20,000 nt of DNA from an uncultured virus (IMG/VR IMGVR_UViG_3300031857_000107) (IMGVR_UViG_3300031857_000107), one strand, 5' to 3'; shown: positions 1 through 8,762, numbered from the stretch's first letter. The notes: generated from the letters alone by a model not told the origin. A program made the numbers and translations.

Positions 1-719
1 ATAACATTGAGAAGTTCAATAAGATTATTCAGCACGAATCGGCAGACATAAACCTTTGTCTCGGCGATTGGTTTGATAGTTTTGTTTTGGACGAGAACGA
101 TGATTATAAAAAGACCGCTGATTATTTGATGCGATATCTATCTGCGCCAAATAATTATACTCTTTTTGGCAATCATGATCTGCATTATTTATTCAATAAT
201 CATTATACGATGTGTAGTGGTTATGAAGATAGAAAGTATTTTGCTATCGATGAGATTTTAGGATCTGAGCGTCAAAACATAACCAATAAATTCAAATGGC
301 GTTTTTGGGTTGATGGTATCCTTTGTACTCATGCAGGATTATTTCCTGACTATATAGATCCATCTGTCAAAAATAATGAAGACTTGAATCTATTTTTTGT
401 AAAAGAAATAGAACGCGCAAATATTGCTTTACGCACAGATCAAAATCACTGGTTCTATTTTGCTGGTCGTAGTCGAGGTGGCCCTAAGAAGGGTGGAGGA
501 ATTGTGTGGTTAGATTTCAAACAAGAGTTTCAGCCTATTGAAGGATTAAAACAAATCGTTGGTCACACTTATCATAAAAATGGTAGAGTTAATCCACACC
601 ATTTAGATGGCAACGTGAATCCAGCAGATTGCGACAACCTTTGTATTGACAATGGACTAAATGAGTATATAGTTATCAGCAACGGTAAGTTAGAAATTAA
701 AAAATTTTTAGATATATAA
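1..719 (+). CDS. Calcineurin-like metallophosphoesterase (5'-truncated by the window edge)
   Basis: Frame is open from position 3 (NIEKFNKII...LCLGDWFD). Motifs GDWFD, GNHD, THAG and VGHT match the metallophosphoesterase pattern. Confidence 0.9.
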   Translation, partial: NIEKFNKIIQHESADINLCLGDWFDSFVLDENDDYKKTADYLMRYLSAPNNYTLFGNHDLHYLFNNHYTMCSGYEDRKYFAIDEILGSERQNITNKFKWRFWVDGILCTHAGLFPDYIDPSVKNNEDLNLFFVKEIERANIALRTDQNHWFYFAGRSRGGPKKGGGIVWLDFKQEFQPIEGLKQIVGHTYHKNGRVNPHHLDGNVNPADCDNLCIDNGLNEYIVISNGKLEIKKFLDI

Positions 720-722
720 TTT

Positions 723-1178
723 ATGCCTTTCGAATATCACGCAAAAGTAAATAAAGTAATAGACGGCGACACTATCAATGTCGATCTTGATCTAGGATTT
801 AATGTAGTATTGTCCAATCAAAGTGTACGTCTTCTTGGAATCGACACTCCTGAAAGCCGAACATCCGATAAGGCGGAAAAAGTTTTCGGGACTCTCAGTA
901 AAAATAAAGTCAAAGAATTCATTGACAAATGCGAAGGTCAAATTATCCTACAGACTGTACTAAGTGACAGCGAAGAAAAGTTTGGACGTTTGCTTGGTAA
1001 AATTATTAATCCAAAAGATAATACCGTTCTTAATGATTGGTTGATTATTAGTCATTATGCAGTAGCTTACAATGGAGAAAACAAAGATAAAGTCGCGCAA
1101 GCTCATTTATCTAATCGTAAATTTTTGATTGACAATAAAGAAGTGTCTATGACTTACACCGAAGCAGGGATAAAGTAA
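723..1178 (+). CDS. Thermonuclease (SNase-like) family nuclease
   Basis: Motifs VIDGDT, VRLLGIDTPE and KFGRLLG. Confidence 0.9.
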   Translation: MPFEYHAKVNKVIDGDTINVDLDLGFNVVLSNQSVRLLGIDTPESRTSDKAEKVFGTLSKNKVKEFIDKCEGQIILQTVLSDSEEKFGRLLGKIINPKDNTVLNDWLIISHYAVAYNGENKDKVAQAHLSNRKFLIDNKEVSMTYTEAGIK

Positions 1179-1179
1179 A

Positions 1180-1818
1180 ATGATTAACGATAAAAATGAT
1201 AATAAAGTTCAGTTGATTGGCTTCTATGGCGATGACAAAGTTCATGCTTGTTCAGCTTGGACTTCTACAAGTAGAGATTTAAATGAAGACAAGATTAATA
1301 GAATTCCTAAGCTCCTTAAGATGCTCGCTGATGCGGGGCATCACACTCCATTTGAAAAATCCTCTCTTCACTTTTTAGTTGATACTGATATTGCTAGTCA
1401 CATTCATATTATAAAACACCGAGTTGGAACATCTGTAAATGGTGAGTCTGCTCGCTACAAAGAAATTAAAGAAGACAAGTATTTAATTCCTAGTGATTGG
1501 CCTGAAGATTGGCAGCTTGCATTAGCTAATTATACAGAAGAAGGTAATAGACTTTATCATCAGTGTATTAAGAGTCTATGCGATAGAGGTTTTGATAGAA
1601 AGCGAGTAAAAGAATCTGCTCGTTTCTTTAAGAATTATAATTCTCAAATTCAAGCTGATGTAATGTTTAACTGGCGATCTTTCAATCATTTTCTAAGCTT
1701 GCGTAATAAGCCTGATGCTCAGAAAGAGATTAGAGAAATTGCCGCCGAGATGTTACGCCTAGTAAAGAATATTGAAGGTAATCCTTTTGAACATACAATC
1801 GCCGCATTTGAACTATGA
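1180..1818 (+). CDS. thyX: FAD-dependent thymidylate synthase
   Basis: GHHTPFE, KHRVGTSVNGESARY (variant of RHRx7SxR), ESARF, NWRSFNHFLSLR and AQKEIR. Confidence 0.93.
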   Translation: MINDKNDNKVQLIGFYGDDKVHACSAWTSTSRDLNEDKINRIPKLLKMLADAGHHTPFEKSSLHFLVDTDIASHIHIIKHRVGTSVNGESARYKEIKEDKYLIPSDWPEDWQLALANYTEEGNRLYHQCIKSLCDRGFDRKRVKESARFFKNYNSQIQADVMFNWRSFNHFLSLRNKPDAQKEIREIAAEMLRLVKNIEGNPFEHTIAAFEL

Positions 1819-2156
1819 TCACTGATTATAATTTATGGCTTGATGACTTTCGTTATCCAAACGATGTTACATGGGTGGCTATTCCAAAAGATCAACATTA
1901 TTCTGTTGTACGAAACTACAAGGAATTTGTAGATTTAATCAGTCTTAGGGGAGTTCCCAAGTTCGTATGCTATGATCACGATTTAGCGGATTGTGATGAT
2001 ATAAAAGAAATGACTGGCTATGATTGCGCTAAATGGTTGGTAGGTTATTGTTTTGCGAAGAAAATTAAACATCCTCCATATATTGTGCATAGTTTAAATC
2101 CTATCGGTAAAAAGAATATTGAATCTTATATAGAAAGTTACAATAAAACATTATGA
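1815..2156 (+). CDS. Stand-alone divergent receiver-like domain (cyclic-phosphate-processing receiver type)
   Basis: LWLDDFR...YDHDL...TGYD...HSLNPIG pattern, typical of this phage family. Confidence 0.75.
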   Translation: MITDYNLWLDDFRYPNDVTWVAIPKDQHYSVVRNYKEFVDLISLRGVPKFVCYDHDLADCDDIKEMTGYDCAKWLVGYCFAKKIKHPPYIVHSLNPIGKKNIESYIESYNKTL

Positions 2157-2509
2157 AGGATAAATTACATATCGTCCCTAAAGGCTGGGGATTTGAAAAA
2201 TGGATTGTAAATAATGACAAATATTGCGGCAAACTTCTTTATATTATTAAAGATCGCAAATGCAGTTGGCATTATCATAAAATTAAAGATGAAACTTTTT
2301 ACGTTCAAAGAGGAAAGATAATTCTTTATTTTAGTGATATTCCTAAAGATCCAGAAAAAGCTAATAAGATTATTCTTGGACCGGGAGATCATTATCACAT
2401 TCCAGTGGGATTGATCCATCAAATGTATGCGTTGGAAGATACCGAACTGTTTGAGTTTAGTACGCAACATTTTGATGAAGATAGTATTAGATTACAAAAA
2501 GGAGATTAA
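2153..2509 (+). CDS. Cupin-domain protein (mannose-6-phosphate isomerase/lyxose isomerase-like)
   Basis: VPKGWG, SWHYHKIKDETFYV and HIPVGLIH cupin metal motifs. Confidence 0.85.
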   Translation: MKDKLHIVPKGWGFEKWIVNNDKYCGKLLYIIKDRKCSWHYHKIKDETFYVQRGKIILYFSDIPKDPEKANKIILGPGDHYHIPVGLIHQMYALEDTELFEFSTQHFDEDSIRLQKGD

Positions 2510-2511
2510 TT

Positions 2512-3180
2512 ATGTCATATCAATTAGAATTTAATTTCGAAACGCCAGAACAAAAAGAAAAACGCCTTAAAGATTGGCATGATCAAGAAGCCGAGATAGA
2601 TAAGATGTTTGCAGAAGATGGTAATTATTATACATATAATAAATATGTAGATAAATTTATTGATCTTTTACCTTATCGATTGGGATGGGGTTTCAAAAAT
2701 AATTGGTATGAATTGCGTTGGTGGGCAAAATGTAAGTATCAGAAATTTCGCTATGGAGTTTCTGACGATGATGTTTTTTCTTTAGAAACTAATATTGCTA
2801 AGTTTGTTGTTCCTCGTTTGCAATATCTTAAGAAGGTAGGCAAGATGGGAATTCCAATGAAATTTTTGCCTAATAACTATACTTCTTTGTCAGAAGAAGA
2901 TCAACAAAAAGCAGAAAAAATCGCCGAAAAAGAAATTGATCGCATCATGGATGAAATTATTTTTGCTTTTGATTACATCATTGATCCTGATAAGTACGCA
3001 CCTTTCCCACAGTCATCAACTAAATGGGATCTTAAAGATAGAAACTACTTCAACAGAGAGAAAACTATTGAAGAAAAACAAGCTTGGGACGAGTACATGA
3101 AAAAATGCGATGAATTGAATAATCGCAAGAAACAAGGTCTACTATTATTTGTGGAAAATATGGATATTTTGTGGATCTAA
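2512..3180 (+). CDS. Hypothetical phage protein
   Basis: 222-aa ORF tightly packed in the operon. Confidence 0.75.
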   Translation: MSYQLEFNFETPEQKEKRLKDWHDQEAEIDKMFAEDGNYYTYNKYVDKFIDLLPYRLGWGFKNNWYELRWWAKCKYQKFRYGVSDDDVFSLETNIAKFVVPRLQYLKKVGKMGIPMKFLPNNYTSLSEEDQQKAEKIAEKEIDRIMDEIIFAFDYIIDPDKYAPFPQSSTKWDLKDRNYFNREKTIEEKQAWDEYMKKCDELNNRKKQGLLLFVENMDILWI

Positions 3181-3519
3181 ATGAAATTATTTTTAGCAAT
3201 TTTGTTGCTTAGTTTGGTATATGTAGTTGGTTGGTATCAGATTCATGGACAATTCTTATCTGAATGGTTCAAGAAATATGAATACTATCTGATATTTATT
3301 AGCGTACCATCGACACTAATATCAATTCGCGCCATCAAATTAATTAATGAACATTTCAATGGTTTGATTTGGCCCAACAGAATATTAACTTTTACAATAG
3401 GTATAATATTATTTACGTTTTTAACTTCTTTTCATTTTGGTGAAAAATTAAGTTTAAAAACGTTGACATTATTGTGTCTGTGCGGTATTATAGTTACACT
3501 TCAAGTGATTTGGAAATGA
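3181..3519 (+). CDS. Small multi-pass membrane protein (about 4 TM segments)
   Basis: Four hydrophobic segments in 112 aa; abuts the upstream stop. Confidence 0.7.
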   Translation: MKLFLAILLLSLVYVVGWYQIHGQFLSEWFKKYEYYLIFISVPSTLISIRAIKLINEHFNGLIWPNRILTFTIGIILFTFLTSFHFGEKLSLKTLTLLCLCGIIVTLQVIWK

Positions 3520-3710
3520 AATTTACACCTCAACAAATCGAACTTTTAATCAAGACTCGCGATGAAATTAGAGATCTAACCGAAAAACAACATAAGCTAT
3601 ACGATAATCTTGTTAAAGAATTGAACGTAACAGTTTATGCCGAAGATTGGTTGTTTGATTATATTTATAACGAGTGCGGTAGCATTGAAGATTTAGAAGA
3701 GAGAATGTAA
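3516..3710 (+). CDS. Hypothetical protein
   Basis: ATGA overlap with the upstream stop suggests the start is at 3516 (MKFTPQQ...). Confidence 0.7.
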   Translation: MKFTPQQIELLIKTRDEIRDLTEKQHKLYDNLVKELNVTVYAEDWLFDYIYNECGSIEDLEERM

Positions 3711-4069
3711 TGGACTTAACTTCAGCAATTATAGGACATCTTATTGCAGATTATCTTCTGCAATTCGATTTCATTGCTGAGAATAAGAAAAAGAAGAGTT
3801 TAATTTGCGCCCTACATTGTTTTATATGGGCGACATTGGTTTGTGTAATGGGTGATATATGGAACATTAAAGCATTTAGTGTTCTGTTTATAACACATTA
3901 TATACAAGACAGATGGCAACTAATTCCTTGGTATATGAAAAAAATTGGGCAAACAAATTTCACCAAACCTCCGTTTGCTCCTTGGTCATTAATTGTTGTT
4001 GACAATGTTTGGCACATATTTACTATCTGGATAATCTATAAGTTATGCATCAACCAAATTTTTATTTAA
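3710..4069 (+). CDS. DUF3307-like membrane protein
   Basis: GHLIADYLLQ...LHC...THYIQD...VDNVWH pattern in a hydrophobic protein. Confidence 0.8.
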   Translation: MDLTSAIIGHLIADYLLQFDFIAENKKKKSLICALHCFIWATLVCVMGDIWNIKAFSVLFITHYIQDRWQLIPWYMKKIGQTNFTKPPFAPWSLIVVDNVWHIFTIWIIYKLCINQIFI

Positions 4070-4227
4070 CTTTAAATCTTCCAAAAGGTTTTAGTCGTGA
4101 AGACGCTGAAAAAATTCAAAAAGATCTCCTTGACTTTCTGGAATCTAAGCGTCATTATGGTGCTAAATATGACGGCAAAGCAGGTATAACTGTCAACGTC
4201 ATTACCGTATCTACAAATCATGATTGA
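4045..4227 (+). CDS. Hypothetical protein
   Basis: 60-aa ORF filling the gap between neighbours. Confidence 0.55.
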   Translation: MHQPNFYLTLNLPKGFSREDAEKIQKDLLDFLESKRHYGAKYDGKAGITVNVITVSTNHD

Positions 4228-4390
4228 AAAAGCTATAGAACGCCTTCGCGCATTCAACGATTGGCGCACGGGAAAAGATGAACGCACTATGACTGAAGCT
4301 GGAATTGTTCCAGCGCAAATAACTGCGGATATTAAAACTGTCTGCGATGAACTCGAAAAACTAATTTCAATGTATGCAAGTCGTAATTAA
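4220..4390 (+). CDS. Small hypothetical protein (56 aa, not in ORF track)
   Basis: Manual translation MIEKAIERLRAFNDWRTGKDE...SMYASRN*; overlaps both neighbours. Confidence 0.65.
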   Translation: MIEKAIERLRAFNDWRTGKDERTMTEAGIVPAQITADIKTVCDELEKLISMYASRN

Positions 4391-4670
4391 CGTTCAAGAA
4401 TTTGGCAACTTTTCTATTAGCAAGAAAGCTATAGAATATATCAACAAAAAGATTAAAAATAAAGAAGATAAAAATTTTGTTGGATGTTATTCATTCGATA
4501 ATGATAGAGCTAATCCTCTTTTAATTGATGCTGTTAAAAAATTAAAAAAAGAAGCTAATGGCATCTATTCTGACTTAAAAATTGTAGAGATACCAGACGA
4601 TGTTGAATGGCAAATTTTCGCTGTAAATGGTGAAGAAGTCATAAGAGAGAAACACAGATTTTGGAAATAA
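4374..4670 (+). CDS. Conserved phage hypothetical protein, paralog of 11283..11630
   Basis: Shares V-I-N...F-x-[IL]-S and ANGxYSxLKxVExPDDxxWxI...GxExxxExHRxW with 11283..11630. Confidence 0.8.
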   Translation: MQVVINVQEFGNFSISKKAIEYINKKIKNKEDKNFVGCYSFDNDRANPLLIDAVKKLKKEANGIYSDLKIVEIPDDVEWQIFAVNGEEVIREKHRFWK

Positions 4671-5063
4671 TTGAAGCCGCGAATATTAAAGAGAGCAGTT
4701 GAAACTGCTCACGCTCTATGTCCTACTAATTGGAAGAATGTTAATAATTCTCATGTAGCTTTTCTTGTCAAAAAGAACAAGATAGTAAAAATTGGTTGGA
4801 ATAGAAAAAGAACTCACCCTGAAATATCTAAACATCCGTATCACGATGGATACGTTGGCACTCATGCCGAATTAGATGTGATTTTAAAATCAGGTCTTGA
4901 AGATCTCAACGATCATTCTATGATCGTACTTAGAGTTGATAGAAAAGGACGATTGGCAAACAGTAAACCGTGTCCCGGTTGTTTGAGTCTATTGAAGTCT
5001 TACAATGTCGAAGAAGTTTTTTATTCAGATACCGAGGGTAATATTGAAAAATTATCAAATTAA
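4671..5063 (+). CDS. Zn-dependent cytidine/deoxycytidylate deaminase-like protein
   Basis: HAE and PCPGC zinc motifs; TTG start abuts the upstream stop. Confidence 0.85.
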   Translation: MKPRILKRAVETAHALCPTNWKNVNNSHVAFLVKKNKIVKIGWNRKRTHPEISKHPYHDGYVGTHAELDVILKSGLEDLNDHSMIVLRVDRKGRLANSKPCPGCLSLLKSYNVEEVFYSDTEGNIEKLSN

Positions 5064-5065
5064 CC

Positions 5066-5093
5066 TTGACTATATCTGAGACTAGAATATCAT
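5066..5093 (+). promoter_or_regulatory. Sigma70-like promoter, probably leaderless
   Basis: TTGACT-N16-TATCAT, with ATG 7 nt after the -10. Confidence 0.65.
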
Positions 5094-5100
5094 AACCGTA

Positions 5101-5343
5101 ATGAAGAAAGATTTATACATGAAGAATCCTAACGAGAAGATTGTTATTCAAAGTGATGATTTAAAGTACGATGGAAAGAATATTATTATTCCATCTTACT
5201 ATGCAGGTATTATTTCTGAATATCTTGCTAACGTAGATTTAAAAAATGCAAATTTTAATGATGCCGATATGCATGATTATTTAGCATTTTGTAGTTTCTT
5301 TGAAGCGATCATGGATTATAAGGCCGATAAAGGAGGTAACTAA
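5101..5343 (+). CDS. Hypothetical protein
   Basis: 80-aa ORF directly downstream of the promoter. Confidence 0.7.
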   Translation: MKKDLYMKNPNEKIVIQSDDLKYDGKNIIIPSYYAGIISEYLANVDLKNANFNDADMHDYLAFCSFFEAIMDYKADKGGN

Positions 5344-5344
5344 G

Positions 5345-5935
5345 ATGGGAATGTATGACAGTATAGAATGTAAATGTTTTTTGCCAATGCCAGATGAACC
5401 AAAAGGTTATACTGGCTCGCACGGCTTTCAAACTAAAGATTTTGATTGCGCGTTAGATATTTATATCATCGACGAGAACGGTCAATTATTTATTGAACGC
5501 CGCGAAACAGAATGGGTGGAAGGAGATCCAAATGCCAAAGGCTTTTTAGATAAAGTGGGGCATATAAAAACTAAAAAGACATGGCTTGAATCTGTAAATA
5601 AAACTTGCACAGTACAATTTTATGATTTTTTTAGTTCAAATAATACTGATTATGATTATTGGATTGTATATGATGCTGTATTTATTGACGGTAAAATGAA
5701 AGATATTAAACTAACTACTTTTGAAGCTACGCCAAATAGCGAACGCAAAAAAAAGGATATAGAGTTTTATAAAAAAATGCAAGAATGGGACCAGTTTAAA
5801 AAAACTCGCCGTTATAAATATTTATTTAATCCATATAATAAGGTTCTTAAATTTATTTGTGATAAAATATACAAGGCTTTGTGCTTTTTATCTAGTAGAA
5901 TCTGGCGAGTACACAACTTTTTAATGATCAAGTGA
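5345..5935 (+). CDS. Conserved phage hypothetical protein (MGMYD...FQTKD type)
   Basis: ATG at 5345 is 1 nt after the upstream stop, so it is preferred over the TTG at 5300. Confidence 0.75.
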   Translation: MGMYDSIECKCFLPMPDEPKGYTGSHGFQTKDFDCALDIYIIDENGQLFIERRETEWVEGDPNAKGFLDKVGHIKTKKTWLESVNKTCTVQFYDFFSSNNTDYDYWIVYDAVFIDGKMKDIKLTTFEATPNSERKKKDIEFYKKMQEWDQFKKTRRYKYLFNPYNKVLKFICDKIYKALCFLSSRIWRVHNFLMIK

Positions 5936-6177
5936 AAGAAGAAAAAGACTCTGAGTTTCTTATCTGTGATTGTTACAGTCATGGGCTTCTCGTTGAGAAG
6001 TTTGATGATGAAGAATTGTGCTTGAGTTTATTTGAGAGGGGATTGAATGGCAGAACGCTATGTTGGTCAGAAAGATTAAGATGGTGTTGGCAGATACTAA
6101 GATATGGAAAACCTTGGTCTGACTTTGTAATACTAAATAGAGAGAATCAGAAAAAGTTAAAAGAATTTTTAAAATGA
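5932..6177 (+). CDS. Hypothetical protein (CxCxxH motif)
   Basis: GTGA overlap start; 81 aa. Confidence 0.7.
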   Translation: MKEEKDSEFLICDCYSHGLLVEKFDDEELCLSLFERGLNGRTLCWSERLRWCWQILRYGKPWSDFVILNRENQKKLKEFLK

Positions 6178-6545
6178 ATTACTTTGTTTCTTCTTTTTTA
6201 GAAATTAAAAATACTTCGCGAGGTCTTGGAGTCTTTACTAAGATAGATATATGCGCTGAAGTAATTGTAGAACATTCTCCATTTAGTAGTTGTTGGTCTG
6301 CAAAATGGGAAGACACTCCTGAAAATTTAAGAAAAGTTGTATTTTCTCATCCGCAAAATTCTGATAATTATGTAATTGGATTAGGTTATACAGCTATTTA
6401 TAATCATAATGATAATAACAATGCTATTTGGCTAACTTCTGATGATGGTATTTATATAAAAACATTAAAAAATATAAATGCTGGAGAAGAAATTTTCATT
6501 CATTATGGAGACGCTTATTGGTCAGGAGGCTGGCCTAAATATTAA
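6174..6545 (+). CDS. SET-domain protein (putative lysine methyltransferase)
   Basis: RGLGVF, IYNH and INAGEEIFIHYG SET motifs. Confidence 0.88.
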   Translation: MNYFVSSFLEIKNTSRGLGVFTKIDICAEVIVEHSPFSSCWSAKWEDTPENLRKVVFSHPQNSDNYVIGLGYTAIYNHNDNNNAIWLTSDDGIYIKTLKNINAGEEIFIHYGDAYWSGGWPKY

Positions 6546-6547
6546 TT

Positions 6548-6814
6548 ATGAAATTTAAGAATTTTGAGGGTATTCAATATACAGTTAATTATAACAAACC
6601 ACACGCAAGATTTCATGCTTCTGGTTTGTGCGATTCTCCTGATACTGATAATCCTCAAATTCTAGTTGATCCAACATTATTAACTCGCCGTCAACTAAAT
6701 GTGTTAATTGAAGAAGTGTTTCATGCACATCTTTTTGAATTACCTGAAAAGAAAGCTAGAAAGTTTGCCGCCAATTTAGGCAAACTTGTGTATAATAGAT
6801 TTATAAAGAAATGA
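6548..6814 (+). CDS. Hypothetical protein with a minimal zincin-like layout and variant motif
   Basis: GLCD...ILVDP...LIEEVFHAH resembles small HExxH proteins, with the first His replaced by Glu. Confidence 0.6.
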   Translation: MKFKNFEGIQYTVNYNKPHARFHASGLCDSPDTDNPQILVDPTLLTRRQLNVLIEEVFHAHLFELPEKKARKFAANLGKLVYNRFIKK

Positions 6815-7071
6815 ATCTTAAAGAATTACTAGGGGACGAAGAAAACTTCGATCCCCTTTTTAAATTACAGTTTCGTAATCATAACATTATTTGTTTTAAT
6901 AAAAAATTAATGACTTTAAAGCATCCCTTTGAGTGTAATTCTCAAGATGATTCCTGTCGTAATCATGTAATTAAATTTTTAAACGATGAAGGCTATTTAG
7001 ATCAATGCGAAGACAAAGTGATTATTTTTGATATGTATACAGATTTATACGATGAAAATAGTGAAGAATAA
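6811..7071 (+). CDS. Hypothetical protein
   Basis: ATGA overlap; 86 aa. Confidence 0.7.
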   Translation: MNLKELLGDEENFDPLFKLQFRNHNIICFNKKLMTLKHPFECNSQDDSCRNHVIKFLNDEGYLDQCEDKVIIFDMYTDLYDENSEE

Positions 7072-7123
7072 TATTTTATTTTTTCACATTTCATCTTATG
7101 CTATGTACAATTAGAATATAAGT

Positions 7124-7288
7124 ATGAAAAAGTGTTTATACTGTAACGAATTTATCGATACTGAAAACGATGACTACCAAAAAGTTGGTAAGAAGTTAGT
7201 TTGTGTATTCTGCTATGAAGATTATGCAGATGAAATAGACAATAATTTTTCAGACGATGATGAAGATGATTGTCGCGAAGAAGAATAA
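7124..7288 (+). CDS. Small zinc-finger protein with acidic tail (54 aa, not in ORF track)
   Basis: MKKCLYCNEF...LVCVFCYEDY...DDDEDDCREEE*; two CxxC motifs. Confidence 0.75.
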   Translation: MKKCLYCNEFIDTENDDYQKVGKKLVCVFCYEDYADEIDNNFSDDDEDDCREEE

Positions 7289-7354
7289 ATAGTGTAATAT
7301 ATAATAGCGCAAATATAAACTGTTCAAACTTTGATCTATTGATTAAAAAACAGT

Positions 7355-7400
7355 AAGACCCGAAGCGCATCAAGCTTGTGTTTGATATCGGGTCTTTTTT
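7355..7400 (+). terminator. Intrinsic terminator with extended hairpin
   Basis: AAGACCCGA/TCGGGTCTT stem, inner ATCAAGC/GTTTGAT stem, then a T run. Confidence 0.75.
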
Positions 7401-7443
7401 CGTCCCCATCCCTCACTTTTCTCAAAAAATCTTGCGAAGCCCC

Positions 7444-7471
7444 TTGACAGCACCTAAAAACCTGATAAAGT
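7444..7471 (+). promoter_or_regulatory. Sigma70-like promoter, near-leaderless
   Basis: TTGACA-N16-TAAAGT with TGn extension; ATG 8 nt downstream. Confidence 0.7.
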
Positions 7472-7479
7472 GGTCGCGT

Positions 7480-7731
7480 ATGGAAAATCCATCACCCAAG
7501 ATTGGTCGTGGTCGTCCCAAGGGAGCGACCTCCACTGTTGAAATCACGTTGGGCGAGCTTCTCGCGAAGCTCAACAACGATGCGAACGCCACTGTTGTTG
7601 TTGGTCGCGTTTGGTACAATAAGTATCAGAACGTGCCTGTAGCTTCAGCGCAAGATGGCGATTCACTTCCTCAAGAGATTCAGAATCAGCTTGACGAAGA
7701 GTCTGTTGCAGAGTTCACTATCACCCAGTAA
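7480..7731 (+). CDS. Small putative DNA-binding protein with AT-hook-like motif
   Basis: MENPSPKIGRGRPKG N-terminus and acidic C-terminus. Start placed at 7480 because a promoter lies immediately upstream. Confidence 0.7.
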   Translation: MENPSPKIGRGRPKGATSTVEITLGELLAKLNNDANATVVVGRVWYNKYQNVPVASAQDGDSLPQEIQNQLDEESVAEFTITQ

Positions 7732-8660
7732 TGAACTACTTCGCTGAACTTGTTGGGCAAGAAGAAGTTAAACGCAAGCTTTCATTTTATTTGGAAGCTC
7801 ATGCTAAGACCGAACTTGTACCGTTTTTGAACTTCGTTGGCGCAAAAGGTTTAGGCAAGACTGCATTTGTTCGCGAATTTGCCAAGAACATTTATAACAC
7901 CACCGGAGTCAATAAGCCACTACTTGAGCTAAATAGCTCTAGTATTAAATCGGGGAATCAGTTTTTCGAACAAGTTTTTCTGCCCCACATTCAAGATCAA
8001 GAAATTATTTGTTTCTTTGATGAAGCGCACTGTCTGCCAAGAGACTTTACTTACGCATTACTTTCTATTCTCTCTACAGAGAAAGATCATGTAATTGATT
8101 ATAATGCTGGCAAAGCAAATTATATTTTCAATTTTAAGAAGCATCATTTTATATTCGCGACAACTGAATCAGATAAGCTATTTATTCCGTTGCGTGATCG
8201 ATTGACGACGATTGAATTTGCAGATTATAATACAAATGAATTGAAGGAAATTTTTCAAAAAGCTCTACCAAATATTGAGTTTGATGAAGAAGCTCTATCA
8301 ATGTTATCTGAAACTTCCCGAGGCAATGCACGTTCTTGTGTGCTTCGCGCTAAGGAGGTTAAGCTGTACGCTGATCGATTTGAGGTCAAGCGTTTCACCA
8401 AGGAAGACGCTGAGAAGTTCTTTTTTATTCTTGATATTCTTCCTCATGGGCTAAATAGAATTGAATGGCAGATACTAAATATTCTTCGTAAAGAAGGTAA
8501 CTGTACTCTTTCTATGCTCGCTGCAAAAACTGGTTTGTCAAGAACCGCGATTCAGCGTGATCACGAATTGTATCTTATTCGTAAAGGATTTATCAGCATT
8601 GATAATGTTAGATATATTACGAGTAATGGATGCAAAGTATTAGAACTGGTTAAGAAATAG
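7731..8660 (+). CDS. ruvB: RuvB-like Holliday junction branch-migration AAA+ ATPase
   Basis: VGQEEVK, Walker A GAKGLGKT, Walker B FFDEAH, ATT...PLRDR, RGNAR and C-terminal winged helix (ELYLIRKGFI). Confidence 0.9.
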   Translation: MNYFAELVGQEEVKRKLSFYLEAHAKTELVPFLNFVGAKGLGKTAFVREFAKNIYNTTGVNKPLLELNSSSIKSGNQFFEQVFLPHIQDQEIICFFDEAHCLPRDFTYALLSILSTEKDHVIDYNAGKANYIFNFKKHHFIFATTESDKLFIPLRDRLTTIEFADYNTNELKEIFQKALPNIEFDEEALSMLSETSRGNARSCVLRAKEVKLYADRFEVKRFTKEDAEKFFFILDILPHGLNRIEWQILNILRKEGNCTLSMLAAKTGLSRTAIQRDHELYLIRKGFISIDNVRYITSNGCKVLELVKK

Positions 8661-8678
8661 TGTATAATATTTAAGTGT

Positions 8679-8753
8679 GCTTCGCAAGCATAGATGCCGA
8701 TGCAGGGGTTTTGTAAACCTCAGAGCAGAGTTGAAGTCTCTGGCGAAGCTCCA
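8679..8753 (+). tRNA. trnT: tRNA-Thr(UGU), atypical D and T loops
   Basis: Acceptor GCTTCGC/GCGAAGC, anticodon arm GGGGT-TTTGTAA-ACCTC, T arm CAGAG-TTGAAGT-CTCTG, encoded CCA. Confidence 0.85.
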
Positions 8754-8762
8754 CTTTCCCCC

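Noticed and set aside
7378..7479. N-terminal extension of ORF 7378..7731 and minus ORFs 7152..7409 and 7422..7619
   Set aside because: They overlap a terminator, a promoter and better-supported + strand genes.
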